Shown here in pieces: positions 24,601 to 38,100 of a stretch of DNA of 64,000 nucleotides; the first letter of the stretch is position 1, and every line of letters begins with the position of its first letter. The notes beneath the pieces are model-generated. The model was not told where the DNA came from. It did no database searches and was given only the letters and a program-made list of their open reading frames with translations. The position numbers were made by a program, and so were the translations under genes. The DNA is from Auanema rhodensis (Eukaryota > Animalia > Nematoda), in NCBI GenBank assembly GCA_964057225.1, contig OZ059895.1:1302001-1366000 (forward strand). Direction: 5' to 3'.

Positions 24601-27600
24601 GATCATAATTAATTTTTGTATTAAGCGTTTCTCAATGTGGTATAGTGCATTCGATGCGGATTTTTAAGCTGCGTCGATCTGTGTTATCAGATTTGCGCTA
24701 GCTTAAAAATGCACCGAGATATCAACTGATATAAGTTCACACTTATATCCTCGATTTTCACCCTGAAGAATTAATTTTTTCGTTGAATAACATTGTCCAT
24801 CGTCTTTGCCTTGAAGAAAGGAATCTAAAAACATCTACTTTTTGCTAAATTATTTTGAAATTTTTCGAAAAAATTTTTGTCAAAATGTTTTTGGAAGCAA
24901 TGTTGAGTGTACATGGAAACTCAACATACACTAATGCATCATTTTTCAAACGATCATAATTAATTTTTGTATTAAGCGTTTCTCAATGTAGTATAGTGCA
25001 TTCGATGCGGATTTTTAAGCTGCGTCGATCTGTGTTATCAGATTTGCGCTAGCTTAAAAATGCACCGAGATATCAACTGATATAAGTTCACACTTATATC
25101 CTCGATTTTCACCCTGAAGAATTAATTTTTTCGTTGAATAACATTGTCCATCGTCTTTGCCTTGAAAAAAAGAATCTAAAAACATCTACTTTTTGCTAAA
25201 TTATTTTGAAATTTTTCGAAAAAATTTTTGTCAAAATGTTTTTGGAAGCAATGTTGAGTGTACATGGAAACTCAACATACACTAATGCATCATTTTTCAA
25301 ACGATCATAATTAAATTTTGTATTAAGCGTTTCTCAATGTAGTATAGTGCATTCGATGCGGATTTTTAAGCTGCGTCGTTCTGTGTTATCAGATTTGCGC
25401 TAGCTTAAAAATGCACCGAGATATCAACTGATATAAGTTCACACATATATCCTCGATTTTCACCCTGAAGAATTAATTTTTTCGTTGAATAACATTGTCC
25501 ATCGTCTTTGCCTTGAAAAAAAGAATCTAAAAACATCTACTTTTTGCTAAATTATCTTGAAATTTTTCGAAAAAATTTTTGTCAAAATGTTTTTGGAAGC
25601 AATGTTGAGTGTACATGGAAACTCAACATACACTAATGCATCATTTTTCAAACGATCATAATTAATTTTTGTATTAAGCGTTTCTCAATGTAGTATAGTG
25701 CAATCGATGCGGATTTTTAAGCTGCGTCGATCTGTGTTATCAGATTTGCGCTAGCTTAAAAATGCACCGAGATATCAACTGATATAAGTTCACACTTATA
25801 TCCTCGATTTTCACCCTGAAGAATTAATTTTTTCGTTGAATAACATTGTCCATCGTCTTTGCCTTGAAAAAAGGAATCTAAAAACATCTACTTTTTGCTA
25901 AATTATTTTGAAATTTTTTGAAAAAATTTTTGTCAAAATGTTTTTGGAAGCAATGTTGAGTGTACATGGAAACTCAACATACACTAATGCATCATTTTTC
26001 AAACGATCATAACTAATTTTTGTATTAAGCGTTTCTCAATGTAGTAAAGTGCATTCGATGCGGATTTTTAAGCTGCGTCGATCTGTGTTATCAGATTTGC
26101 GCTAGCTTAAAAATGCACCGAGATATCAACTGATATAAGTTCACACTTATATCCTCGATTTTCACCCTGAAGAATTGATTTTTTCGTTGAATAACATTGT
26201 CCATCGTCTTTGCCTTGAAAAAAAGAATCTAAAAACATCTACTTTTTGCTAAATTATTTTGAAATTTTTCGAAAAAATTTTTGTCAAAATGTTTTTGGAA
26301 GCAATGTTGAGTGTACATGGAAACTCAACATACACTAATGCATCATTTTTCAAACGATCATAATTAATTTTTGTATTAAGCGTTTCTCAATGTAGTATAG
26401 TGCATTCGATGCTTATTTTTAAGCTGCGTCGATCTGTGTTATCAGATTTGCGCTAGCTTAAAAATGCACCGAGATATCAACTGATATAAGTTCACACTTA
26501 TATCCTCGATTTTCACCCTGAAGAATTAATTTTTTCGTTGAATAACATTGTCCATCGTCTTTGCCTTGAAAAAAGGAATCTAAAAACATCTACTTTTTGC
26601 TAAATTATCTTGAAATTTTTCGAAAAAATTTTTGTCAAAATGTTTTTGGAAGCAATGTTGAGTGTACATGGAAACTCAACATACACTAATGCATCATTTT
26701 TCAAACGATCATAATTAATTTTTGTATTAAGCGTTTCTCAATGTGGTATAGTGCATTCGATGCGGATTTTTAAGCTGCGTCGATCTGTGTTATCAGATTT
26801 GCGCTAGCTTAAAAATGCACCGAGATATCAACTGATATAAGTTCACACTTATATCCTCGATTTTCACCCTGAAGAATTAATTTTTTCGTTGAATAACGTT
26901 GTCCATCGTCTTTGCCTTGAAAAAAAGAATCTAAAAACATCTACTTTTTGCTAAATTATTTTGAAATTTTTCGAAAAAATTTTTGTCAAAATGTTTTTGG
27001 AAGCAATGTTGAGTGTACATGGAAACTCAACATACACTAATGCATCATTTTTCAAACGATCATAATTAATTTTTGTATTAAGCGTTTCTCAATGTAGTAT
27101 AGTGCATTCGATGCGGATTTTTAAGCTGCGTCGATCTGTGTTATCAGATTTGCGCTAGCTTAAAAATGCACCGAGATATCAACTGATATAAGTTCACACT
27201 TATATCCTCGATTTTCACCCTGAAGAATTAATTTTTTCGTTGAATAACATTGTCCATCGTCTTTGCCTTGAAAAAAAGAATCTAAAAACATCTACTTTTT
27301 GCTAAATTATTTTGAAATTTTTCGAAAAAATTTTTGTCAAAATGTTTTTGGAAGCAATGTTGAGTGTACATGGAAACTCAACATACACTAATGCATCATT
27401 TTTCAAACGATCATAATTAATTTTTGTATTAAGCGTTTCTCAATGTAGTATAGTGCAATCGATGCGGATTTTTAAGCTGCGTCGATCTGTGTTATCAGAT
27501 TTGCGCTAGCTTAAAAATGCACCGAGATATCAACTGATATAAGTTCACACTTATATCCTCGATTTTCACCCTGAAGAATTAATTTTTTCGTTGAATAACA

Positions 27601-29835
27601 TTGTCCATCGTCTTTGCCTTGAAAAGAGGAATCTAAAAACATCTACTTTTTGCTAAATTATTTTGAAATTTTTCGAAAAAATTTTTGTCAAAATGTTTTT
27701 GGAAGCAATGTTGAGTGTACATGGAAACTCAACATACACTAATGCATCATTTTTCAAACGATCATAACTAATTTTTGTATTAAGCGTTTCTCAATGTAGT
27801 AAAGTGCATTCGATGCGGATTTTTAAGCTGCGTCGATCTGTGTTATCAGATTTGCGCTAGCTTAAAAATGCACCGAGATATCAACTGATATAAGTTCACA
27901 CTTATATCCTCGATTTTCACCCTGAAGAATTAATTTTTTCGTTGAATAACATTGTCCATCGTCTTTGCCTTGCAAAAAGGAATCTAAAAACATCTACTTT
28001 TTGCTAAATTATTTTGAAATTTTTCGAAAAAATTTTTGTCAAAATGTTTTTGGAAGCAATGTTGAGTGTACATGGAAACTCAACATACACTAATGCATCA
28101 TTTTTCAAACGATCATAACTAATTTTTGTATTAAGCGTTTCTCAATGTAGTATAGTGCATTCGATGCGGATTTTTAAGCTGCGTCGTTCTGTGTTATCAG
28201 ATTTGCGCTAGCTTAAAAATGCACCGAGATATCAACTGATATAAGTTCACACATATATCCTCGATTTTCACCCTGAAGAATTAATTTTTTCGTTGAATAA
28301 CATTGTCCATCGTCTTTGCCTTGAAAAAAGGAATCTAAAAACATCTACTTTTTGCTAAATTATTTTGAAATTTTTCGAAAAAATTTTTGTCAAAATGTTT
28401 TTGGAAGCAATGTTGAGTGTACATGGAAACTCAACATACACTAATGCATCATTTTTCAAACGATCATAATTAATTTTTGTATTAAGCGTTTCTCAATTTA
28501 GTATAGTGCATTCGATGCGGATTTTTAAGCTGCGTCGATCTGTGTTATCAGATTTGCGCTAGCTTAAAAATGCACCGAGATATCAACTGATATAAGTTCA
28601 CACTTATATCCTCGATTTTCACCCTGAAGAATTAATTTTTTCGTTGAATAACATTGTCCATCGTCTTTGCCTTGAAAAAAGGAATCTAAAAACATCTACT
28701 TTTTGCTAAATTATTTTGAAATTTTTCGAAAAAATTTTTGTCAAAATGTTTTTGGAAGCAATGTTGAGTGTACATGGAAACTCAACATACACTAATGCAT
28801 CATTTTTCAAACGATCATAACTAATTTTTGTATTAAGCGTTTCTCAATTTAGTATAGTGCATTTGATGCGGATTTTTAAGCTGCGTCGATCTGTGTTATC
28901 AGATTTGCGCTAGCTTAAAAATGCACCGAGATATCAACTGATATAAGTTCACACTTATATCCTCGATTTTCACCCTGAAGAATTAATTTTTTCGTTGAAT
29001 AACATTGTCCATCGTCTTTGCCTTGAAAAAAGGAATCTAAAAACATCTACTTTTTGCTAAATTATTTTGAAATTTTTCGAAAAAATTTTTGTCAAAATGT
29101 TTTTGGAAGCAATGTTGAGTGTACATGGAAACTCAACATACACTAATGCATCATTTTTCAAACGATCATAACTAATTTTTGTATTAAGCGTTTCTCAATT
29201 TTGTATAGTGCATTCGATGCGGATTTTTAAGCTGCGTCGATCTGTGTTATCAGATTTGCGCTAGCTGAAAAATGCACCGAGATATCAACTGATATAAGTT
29301 CACACTTATATCCTCGATTTTCACCCTGAAGAATTAATTTTTTCGTTGAATAACATTGTCCATCGTCTTTGCCTTGAAAAAAGGAATCTAAAAACATCTA
29401 CTTTTTGCTAAATTATTTTGAAATTTTTCGAAAAAATTTTTGTCAAAATGTTTTTGGAAGCAATGTTGAGTGTACATGGAAACTCAACATACACTAATGC
29501 ATCATTTTTCAAACGATCATAACTAATTTTTGTATTAAGCGTTTCTCAATTTAGTATAGTGCATTTGATGCGGATTTTTAAGCTGCGTCGATCTGTGTTA
29601 TCAGATTTGCGCTAGCTTAAAAATGCACCGAGATATCAACTGATATAAGTTCACACTTATATCCTCGATTTTCACCCTGAAGAATTAATTTTTTCGTTGA
29701 ATAACATTGTCCATCGTCTTCGCCTTGAAAAAAGGAATCTAAAAACATCTACTTTTTGCTAAATTATTTTGAAATTTTTCGAAAAAATTTTTGTCAAAAT
29801 GTTTTTGGAAGCAATGTTGAGTGTACATGGAAACT

Positions 29836-31941
29836 CAACATACACTAATGCATCATTTTTCAAACGATCATAACTAATTTTTGTATTAAGCGTTTCTCAA
29901 TGTAGTATAGTGCATTCGATGCGGATTTTTAAGCTGCGTCGTTCTGTGTTATCAGATTTGCGCTAGCTTAAAAATGCACCGAGATATCAACTGATATAAG
30001 TTCACACATATATCCTCGATTTTCACCCTGAAGAATTAATTTTTTCGTTGAATAACATTGTCCATCGTCTTTGCCTTGAAAAAAGGAATCTAAAAACATC
30101 TACTTTTTGCTGAATTATTATGAAATTTTTCGAAAAAATTTTTGTCAAAATGTTTTTGGAAGCAATGTTGAGTGTACATGGAAACTCAACATACACTAAT
30201 GCATCATTTTTCAAACGATCATAACTAATTTTTGTATTAGGCGTTTCTCAATGTAATATAGTGCATTCGATGCGGATTTTTAAGCTGCGTCGATCTGTGT
30301 TATCAGATTTGCGCTAGCTTGAAAATGCACCGAGATATCAACTGATATAAGTTCACACTTATATCCTCGATTTTCACCCTGAAGAATTAATTTTTTCGTT
30401 GAATAACATTGTCCATCGTCTTTGCCTTAAAAAAAGGAATCTGAAAACATCTACTTTTTGCTAAATTATTTTGAAATTTTTCGAAAAAATTTTTGTCAAA
30501 ATGTTTTTGGAAGCAATGTTGAGTGTACATGGAAACTCAACATACACTAATGCATCATTTTTCAAACGATCATAACTAATTTTTGTATTAAGCGTTTCTC
30601 AATGTAGTAAAGTGCATTCGATGCGGATTTTTAAGCTGCGTCGATCTGTGTTATCAGATTTGCGCTAGCTGAAAAATGCACCGAGATATCAACTGATATA
30701 AGTTCACACTTATATCCTCGATTTTCACCCTGAAGAATTAATTTTTTTGTTGAATAACATTGTCCATCGTCTTTGCCTTGAAAAAAGGAATCTAAAAACA
30801 TCTACTTTTTGCTAAATTATTTTGAAATTTTTCGAAAAAATTTTTGTCAAAATGTTTTTGGAAGCAATGTTGAGTGTACATGGAAACTCAACATACACTA
30901 ATGCATCATTTTTCAAACGATCATAACTAATTTTTGTATTAAGCGTTTCTCAATGTAGTATAGTGCATTCGATGCGGATTTTTAAGCTGCGTCGTTCTGT
31001 GTTATCAGATTTGCGCTAGCTTAAAAATGCACCGAGATATCAACTGATATAAGTTCACACATATATCCTCGATTTTCACCCTGAAGAATTAATTTTTTCG
31101 TTGAATAACATTGTCCATCGTCTTTGCCTTGAAAAAAGGAATCTAAAAACATCTACTTTTTGCTGAATTATTATGAAATTTTTCGAAAAAATTTTTGTCA
31201 AAATGTTTTTGGAAGCAATGTTGAGTGTACATGGAAACTCAACATACACTAATGCATCATTTTTCAAACGATCATAACTAATTTTTGTATTAGGCGTTTC
31301 TCAATGTAATATAGTGCATTCGATGCGGATTTTTAAGCTGCGTCGATCTGTGTTATCAGATTTGCGCTAGCTTGAAAATGCACCGAGATATCAACTGATA
31401 TAAGTTCACACTTATATCCTCGATTTTCACCCTGAAGAATTAATTTTTTCGTTGAATAACATTGTCCATCGTCTTTGCCTTAAAAAAAGGAATCTGAAAA
31501 CATCTACTTTTTGCTAAATTATTTTGAAATTTTTCGAAAAAATTTTTGTCAAAATGTTTTTGGAAGCAATGTTGAGTGTACATGGAAACTCAACATACAC
31601 TAATGCATCATTTTTCAAACGATCATAACTAATTTTTGTATTAAGCGTTTCTCAATGTAGTAAAGTGCATTCGATGCGGATTTTTAAGCTGCGTCGATCT
31701 GTGTTATCAGATTTGCGCTAGCTGAAAAATGCACCGAGATATCAACTGATATAAGTTCACACTTATATCCTCGATTTTCACCCTGAAGAATTAATTTTTT
31801 TGTTGAATAACATTGTCCATCGTCTTTGCCTTGAAAAAAGGAATCTAAAAACATCTACTTTTTGCTAAATTATTTTGAAATTTTTCGAAAAAATTTTTGT
31901 CAAAATGTTTTTGGAAGCAATGTTGAGTGTACATGGAAACT
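29836..31941. repeat. 3-mer repeat x2 (M86-88 = M89-91), nested in the 13-kb duplication (second copy 43174-45279)
   Basis: (39C,107T,173A,277G,285A)-(39C,54G,70A,135G,243A,257G)-(39C,73A,134G,211T) occurs twice. The ORF track spacing 30023 to 31076 = 1053 bp agrees. Confidence 0.9.
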
Positions 31942-32994
31942 CAACATACACTAATGCATCATTTTTCAAACGATCATAACTAATTTTTGTATTAAGCGTT
32001 TCTCAATGTAGTATAGTGCATTCGATGCGGATTTTTAAGCTGCGTCGTTCTGTGTTATCAGATTTGCGCTAGCTTAAAAATGCACCGAGATATCAACTGA
32101 TATAAGTTCACACATATATCCTCGATTTTCACCCTGAAGAATTAATTTTTTCGTTGAATAACATTGTCCATCGTCTTTGCCTTGAAAAAAGGAATCTAAA
32201 AACATCTACTTTTTGCTAAATTATTTTGAAATTTTTCGAAAAAATTTTTGTCAAAATGTTTTTGGAAGCAATGTTGAGTGTACATGGAAACTCAACATAC
32301 ACTAATGCATCATTTTTCAAACGATCATAACTAATTTTTGTATTAAGCGTTTCTCAATGTAGTATAGTGCATTCGATGCGGATTTTTAAGCTGCGTCGTT
32401 CTGTGTTATCAGATTTGCGCTAGCTTAAAAATGCACCGAGATATCAACTGATATAAGTTCACACATATATCCTCGATTTTCACCCTGAAGAATTAATTTT
32501 TTCGTTGAATAACATTGTCCATCGTCTTTGCCTTGAAAAAAAGAATCTAAAAACATCTACTTTTTGCTAAATTATTTTGAAATTTTTCGAAAAAATTTTT
32601 GTCAAAATGTTTTTGGAAGCAATGTTGAGTGTACATGGAAACTCAACATACACTAATGCATCATTTTTCAAACGATCATAATTAATTTTTGTATTAAGCG
32701 TTTCTCAATGTAGTATAGTGCATTCGATGCGGATTTTTAAGCTGCGTCGATCTGTGTTATCAGATTTGCGCTAGCTTAAAAATGCACCGAGATATCAACT
32801 GATATAAGTTCACACATATATCCTCGATTTTCACCCTGAAGAATTAATTTTTTCGTTGAATAACATTGTCCATCGTCTTTGCCTTGAAAAAAGGAATCTA
32901 AAAACATCTACTTTTTGCTAAATTATTTTGAAATTTTTCGAAAAAATTTTTGTCAAAATGTTTTTGGAAGCAATGTTGAGTGTACATGGAAACT

Positions 32995-35100
32995 CAACAT
33001 ACACTAATGCATCATTTTTCAAACGATCATAACTAATTTTTGTATTAAGCGTTTCTCAATGTAGTATAGTGCATTCGATGCGGATTTTTAAGCTGCGTCG
33101 TTCTGTGTTATCAGATTTGCGCTAGCTTAAAAATGCACCGAGATATCAACTGATATAAGTTCACACATATATCCTCGATTTTCACCCTGAAGAATTAATT
33201 TTTTCGTTGAATAACATTGTCCATCGTCTTTGCCTTGAAAAAAAGAATCTAAAAACATCTACTTTTTGCTAAATTATTTTGAAATTTTTCGAAAAAATTT
33301 TTGTCAAAATGTTTTTGGAAGCAATGTTGAGTGTACATGGAAACTCAACATACACTAATGCATCATTTTTCAAACGATCATAATTAATTTTTGTATTAAG
33401 CGTTTCTCAATGTAGTATAGTGCATTCGATGCGGATTTTTAAGCTGCGTCGATCTGTGTTATCAGATTTGCGCTAGCTTAAAAATGCACCGAGATATCAA
33501 CTGATATAAGTTCACACTTATATCCTCGATTTTCACCCTGAAGAATTAATTTTTTCGTTGAATAACATTGTCCATCGTCTTTGCCTTGAAAAAAGGAATC
33601 TGAAAACATCTACTTTTTGCTAAATTATTTTGAAATTTTTCGAAAAAATTTTTGTCAAAATGTTTTTGGAAGCAATGTTGAGTGTACATGGAAACTCAAC
33701 ATACACTAATGCATCATTTTTCAAACGATCATAACTAATTTTTGTATTAAGCGTTTCTCAATGTAGTATAGTGCATTCGATGCGGATTTTTAAGCTGCGT
33801 CGTTCTGTGTTATCAGATTTGCGCTAGCTTAAAAATGCACCGAGATATCAACTGATATAAGTTCACACATATATCCTCGATTTTCACCCTGAAGAATTAA
33901 TTTTTTCGTTGAATAACATTGTCCATCGTCTTTGCCTTGAAAAAAAGAATCTAAAAACATCTACTTTTTGCTAAATTATTTTGAAATTTTTCGAAAAAAT
34001 TTTTGTCAAAATGTTTTTGGAAGCAATGTTGAGTGTACATGGAAACTCAACATACACTAATGCATCATTTTTCAAACGATCATAATTAATTTTTGTATTA
34101 AGCGTTTCTCAATGTAGTATAGTGCATTCGATGCGGATTTTTAAGCTGCGTCGATCTGTGTTATCAGATTTGCGCTAGCTTAAAAATGCACCGAGATATC
34201 AACTGATATAAGTTCACACTTATATCCTCGATTTTCACCCTGAAGAATTAATTTTTTCGTTGAATAACATTGTCCATCGTCTTTGCCTTGAAAAAAGGAA
34301 TCTGAAAACATCTACTTTTTGCTAAATTATTTTGAAATTTTTCGAAAAAATTTTTGTCAAAATGTTTTTGGAAGCAATGTTGAGTGTACATGGAAACTCA
34401 ACATACACTAATGCATCATTTTTCAAACGATCATAACTAATTTTTGTATTAAGCGTTTCTCAATGTAGTATAGTGCATTCGATGCGGATTTTTAAGCTGC
34501 GTCGTTCTGTGTTATCAGATTTGCGCTAGCTTAAAAATGCACCGAGATATCAACTGATATAAGTTCACACATATATCCTCGATTTTCACCCTGAAGAATT
34601 AATTTTTTCGTTGAATAACATTGTCCATCGTCTTTGCCTTGAAAAAAAGAATCTAAAAACATCTACTTTTTGCTAAATTATTTTGAAATTTTTCGAAAAA
34701 ATTTTTGTCAAAATGTTTTTGGAAGCAATGTTGAGTGTACATGGAAACTCAACATACACTAATGCATCATTTTTCAAACGATCATAATTAATTTTTGTAT
34801 TAAGCGTTTCTCAATGTAGTATAGTGCATTCGATGCGGATTTTTAAGCTGCGTCGATCTGTGTTATCAGATTTGCGCTAGCTTAAAAATGCACCGAGATA
34901 TCAACTGATATAAGTTCACACTTATATCCTCGATTTTCACCCTGAAGAATTAATTTTTTCGTTGAATAACATTGTCCATCGTCTTTGCCTTGAAAAAAGG
35001 AATCTGAAAACATCTACTTTTTGCTAAATTATTTTGAAATTTTTCGAAAAAATTTTTGTCAAAATGTTTTTGGAAGCAATGTTGAGTGTACATGGAAACT
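32995..35100. repeat. 2-mer (702 bp) repeat x3, M95-M100, nested in the 13-kb duplication (second copy 46333-48438)
   Basis: Strict alternation of (39C,107T,173A,250A) and (257G) monomers. Confidence 0.85.
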
Positions 35101-38100
35101 CAACATACACTAATGCATCATTTTTCAAACGATCATAACTAATTTTTGTATTAAGCGTTTCTCAATTTAGTATAGTGCATTCGATGCGGATTTTTAAGCT
35201 GCGTCGATCTGTGTTATCAGATTTTCGCTAGCTGAAAAATGCACCGAGATATCAACTGATATAAGTTCACACTTATATCCTCGATTTTCACCCTGAAGAA
35301 TTAATTTTTTCGTTGAATAACATTGTCCATCGTCTTTGCCTTGAAAAAAGGAATCTAAAAACATCTACTTTTTGCTAAATTATTTTGAAATTTTTCGAAA
35401 AAATTTTTGTCAAAATGTTTTTGGAAGCAATGTTGAGTGTACATGGAAACTCAACATACACTAATGCATCATTTTTCAAACGATCATAACTAATTTTTGT
35501 ATTAAGCGTTTCTCAATGTAGTATAGTGCATTCGATGCGGATTTTTAAGCTGCGTCGTTCTGTGTTATCAGATTTGCGCTAGCTTGAAAATGCACCGAGA
35601 TATCAACTGATATAAGTTCACACATATATCCTCGATTTTCACCCTGAAGAATTAATTTTTTCGTTGAATAACATTGTCCATCGTCTTTGCCTTGAAAAAA
35701 AGAATCTGAAAACATCTACTTTTTGCTAAATTATTTTGAAATTTTTCGAAAAAATTTTTGTCAAAATGTTTTTGGAAGCAATGTTGAGTGTACATGGAAA
35801 CTCAACATACACTAATGCATCATTTTTCAAACGATCATAACTAATTTTTGTATTAAGCGTTTCTCAATGTAGTATAGTGCATTCGATGCGGATTTTTAAG
35901 CTGCGTCGATCTGTGTTATCAGATTTGCGCTAGCTTAAAAATGCACCGAGATATCAACTGATATAAGTTCACACTTATATCCTCGATTTTCATCCTGAAG
36001 AATTAATTTTTTCGTTGAATAACATTGTCCATCGTCTTTGCCTTGAAAAAAAGAATCTAAAAACATCTACTTTTTGCTAAATTATTTTGAAATTTTTCGA
36101 AAAAATTTTTGTCAAAATGTTTTTGGAAGCAATGTTGAGTGTACATGGAAACTCAACATACACTAATGCATCATTTTTCAAACGATCATAACTAATTTTT
36201 GTATTAAGCTTTTCTCAATGTAGTATAGTGCATTCGATGCGGATTTTTAAGCTGCGTCGTTCTGTGTTATCAGATTTGCGCTAGCTGAAAAATGCACCGA
36301 GATATCAACTGATATAAGTTCACACTTATATCCTCGATTTTCACCCTGAAGAATTAATTTTTTCGTTGAATAACATTGTCCATCGTCTTTGCCTTGAAAA
36401 AAGGAATCTAAAAACATCTACTTTTTGCTAAATTATTTTGAAATTTTTCGAAAAAATTTTTGTCAAAATGTTTTTGGAAGCAATGTTGAGTGTACATGGA
36501 AACTCAACATACACTAATGCATCATTTTTCAAACGATCATAACTAATTTTTGTATTAAGCGTTTCTCAATTTAGTATAGTGCATTCGATGCGGATTTTTA
36601 AGCTGCGTCGATCTGTGTTATCAGATTTGCGCTAGCTTAAAAATGCACCGAGATATCAACTGATATAAGTTCACACTTATATCCTCGATTTTCACCCTGA
36701 AGAATTAATTTTTTCGTTGAATAACATTGTTCATCGTCTTTGCCTTGAAAAAAGGAATCTGAAAACATCTACTTTTTGCTAAATTATTTTGAAATTTTTC
36801 GAAAAAATTTTTGTCAAAATGTTTTTGGAAGCAATGTTGAGTGTACATGGAAACTCAACATACACTAATGCATCATTTTTCAAACGATCATAACTAATTT
36901 TTGTATTAAGCGTTTCTCAATTTCGTATAGTGCATTCGATGCGGATTTTTAAGCTGCGTCGATCTGTGTTATCAGATTTGCGCTAGCTGAAAAATGCACC
37001 GAGATATCAACTGATATAAGTTCACACTTATATCCTCGATTTTCACCCTGAAGAATTAATTTTTTCGTTGAATAACATTGTCCATCGTCTTTGCCTTGAA
37101 AAAAGGAATCTAAAAACATCTACTTTTTGCTAAATTATTTTGAAATTTTTTGAAAAAATTTTTGTCAAAATGTTTTTGGAAGCAATGTTGAGTGTACATG
37201 GAAACTCAACATACACTAATGCATCATTTTTCAAACGATCATAACTAATTTTTGTATTAAGCGTTTCTCAGAGTAGTATAGTGCATTCGATGCGGATTTT
37301 TAAGCTGCGTCGTTCTGTGTTATCAGATTTGCGCTAGCTTAAAAATGCACCGAGATATCAACTGATATAAGTTCACACATATATCCTCGATTTTCACCCT
37401 GAAGAATTAATTTTTTCGTTGAATAACATTGTCCATCGTCTTTGCCTTGAAAAAAAGAATCTAAAAACATCTACTTTTTGCTAAATTATTTTGAAATTTT
37501 TCGGAAAAATTTTTGTCAAAATGTTTTTGGAAGCAATGTTGAGTGTACATGGAAACTCAACATACACTAATGCATCATTTTTCAAACGATCATAATTAAT
37601 TTTTGTATTAAGCGTTTCTCAATGTAGTATAGTGCATTCGATGCGGATTTTTAAGCTGCGTCGTTCTGTGTTATCAGATTTGCGCTAGCTTAAAAATGCA
37701 CCGAGATATCAACTGATATAAGTTCACACATATATCCTCGATTTTCACCCTGAAGAATTAATTTTTTCGTTGAATAACATTGTCCATCGTCTTTGCCTTG
37801 AAAAAAAGAATCTAAAAACATCTACTTTTTGCTAAATTATTTTGAAATTTTTCGAAAAAATTTTTGTCAAAATGTTTTTGGAAGCAATGTTGAGTGTACA
37901 TGGAAACTCAACATACACTAATGCATCATTTTTCAAACGATCATAATTAATTTTTGTATTAAGCGTTTCTCAATGTGGTATAGTGCATTCGATGCGGATT
38001 TTTAAGCTGCGTCGATCTGTGTTATCAGATTTGCGCTAGCTTAAAAATGCACCGAGATATCAACTGATATAAGTTCACACTTATATCCTCGATTTTCACC

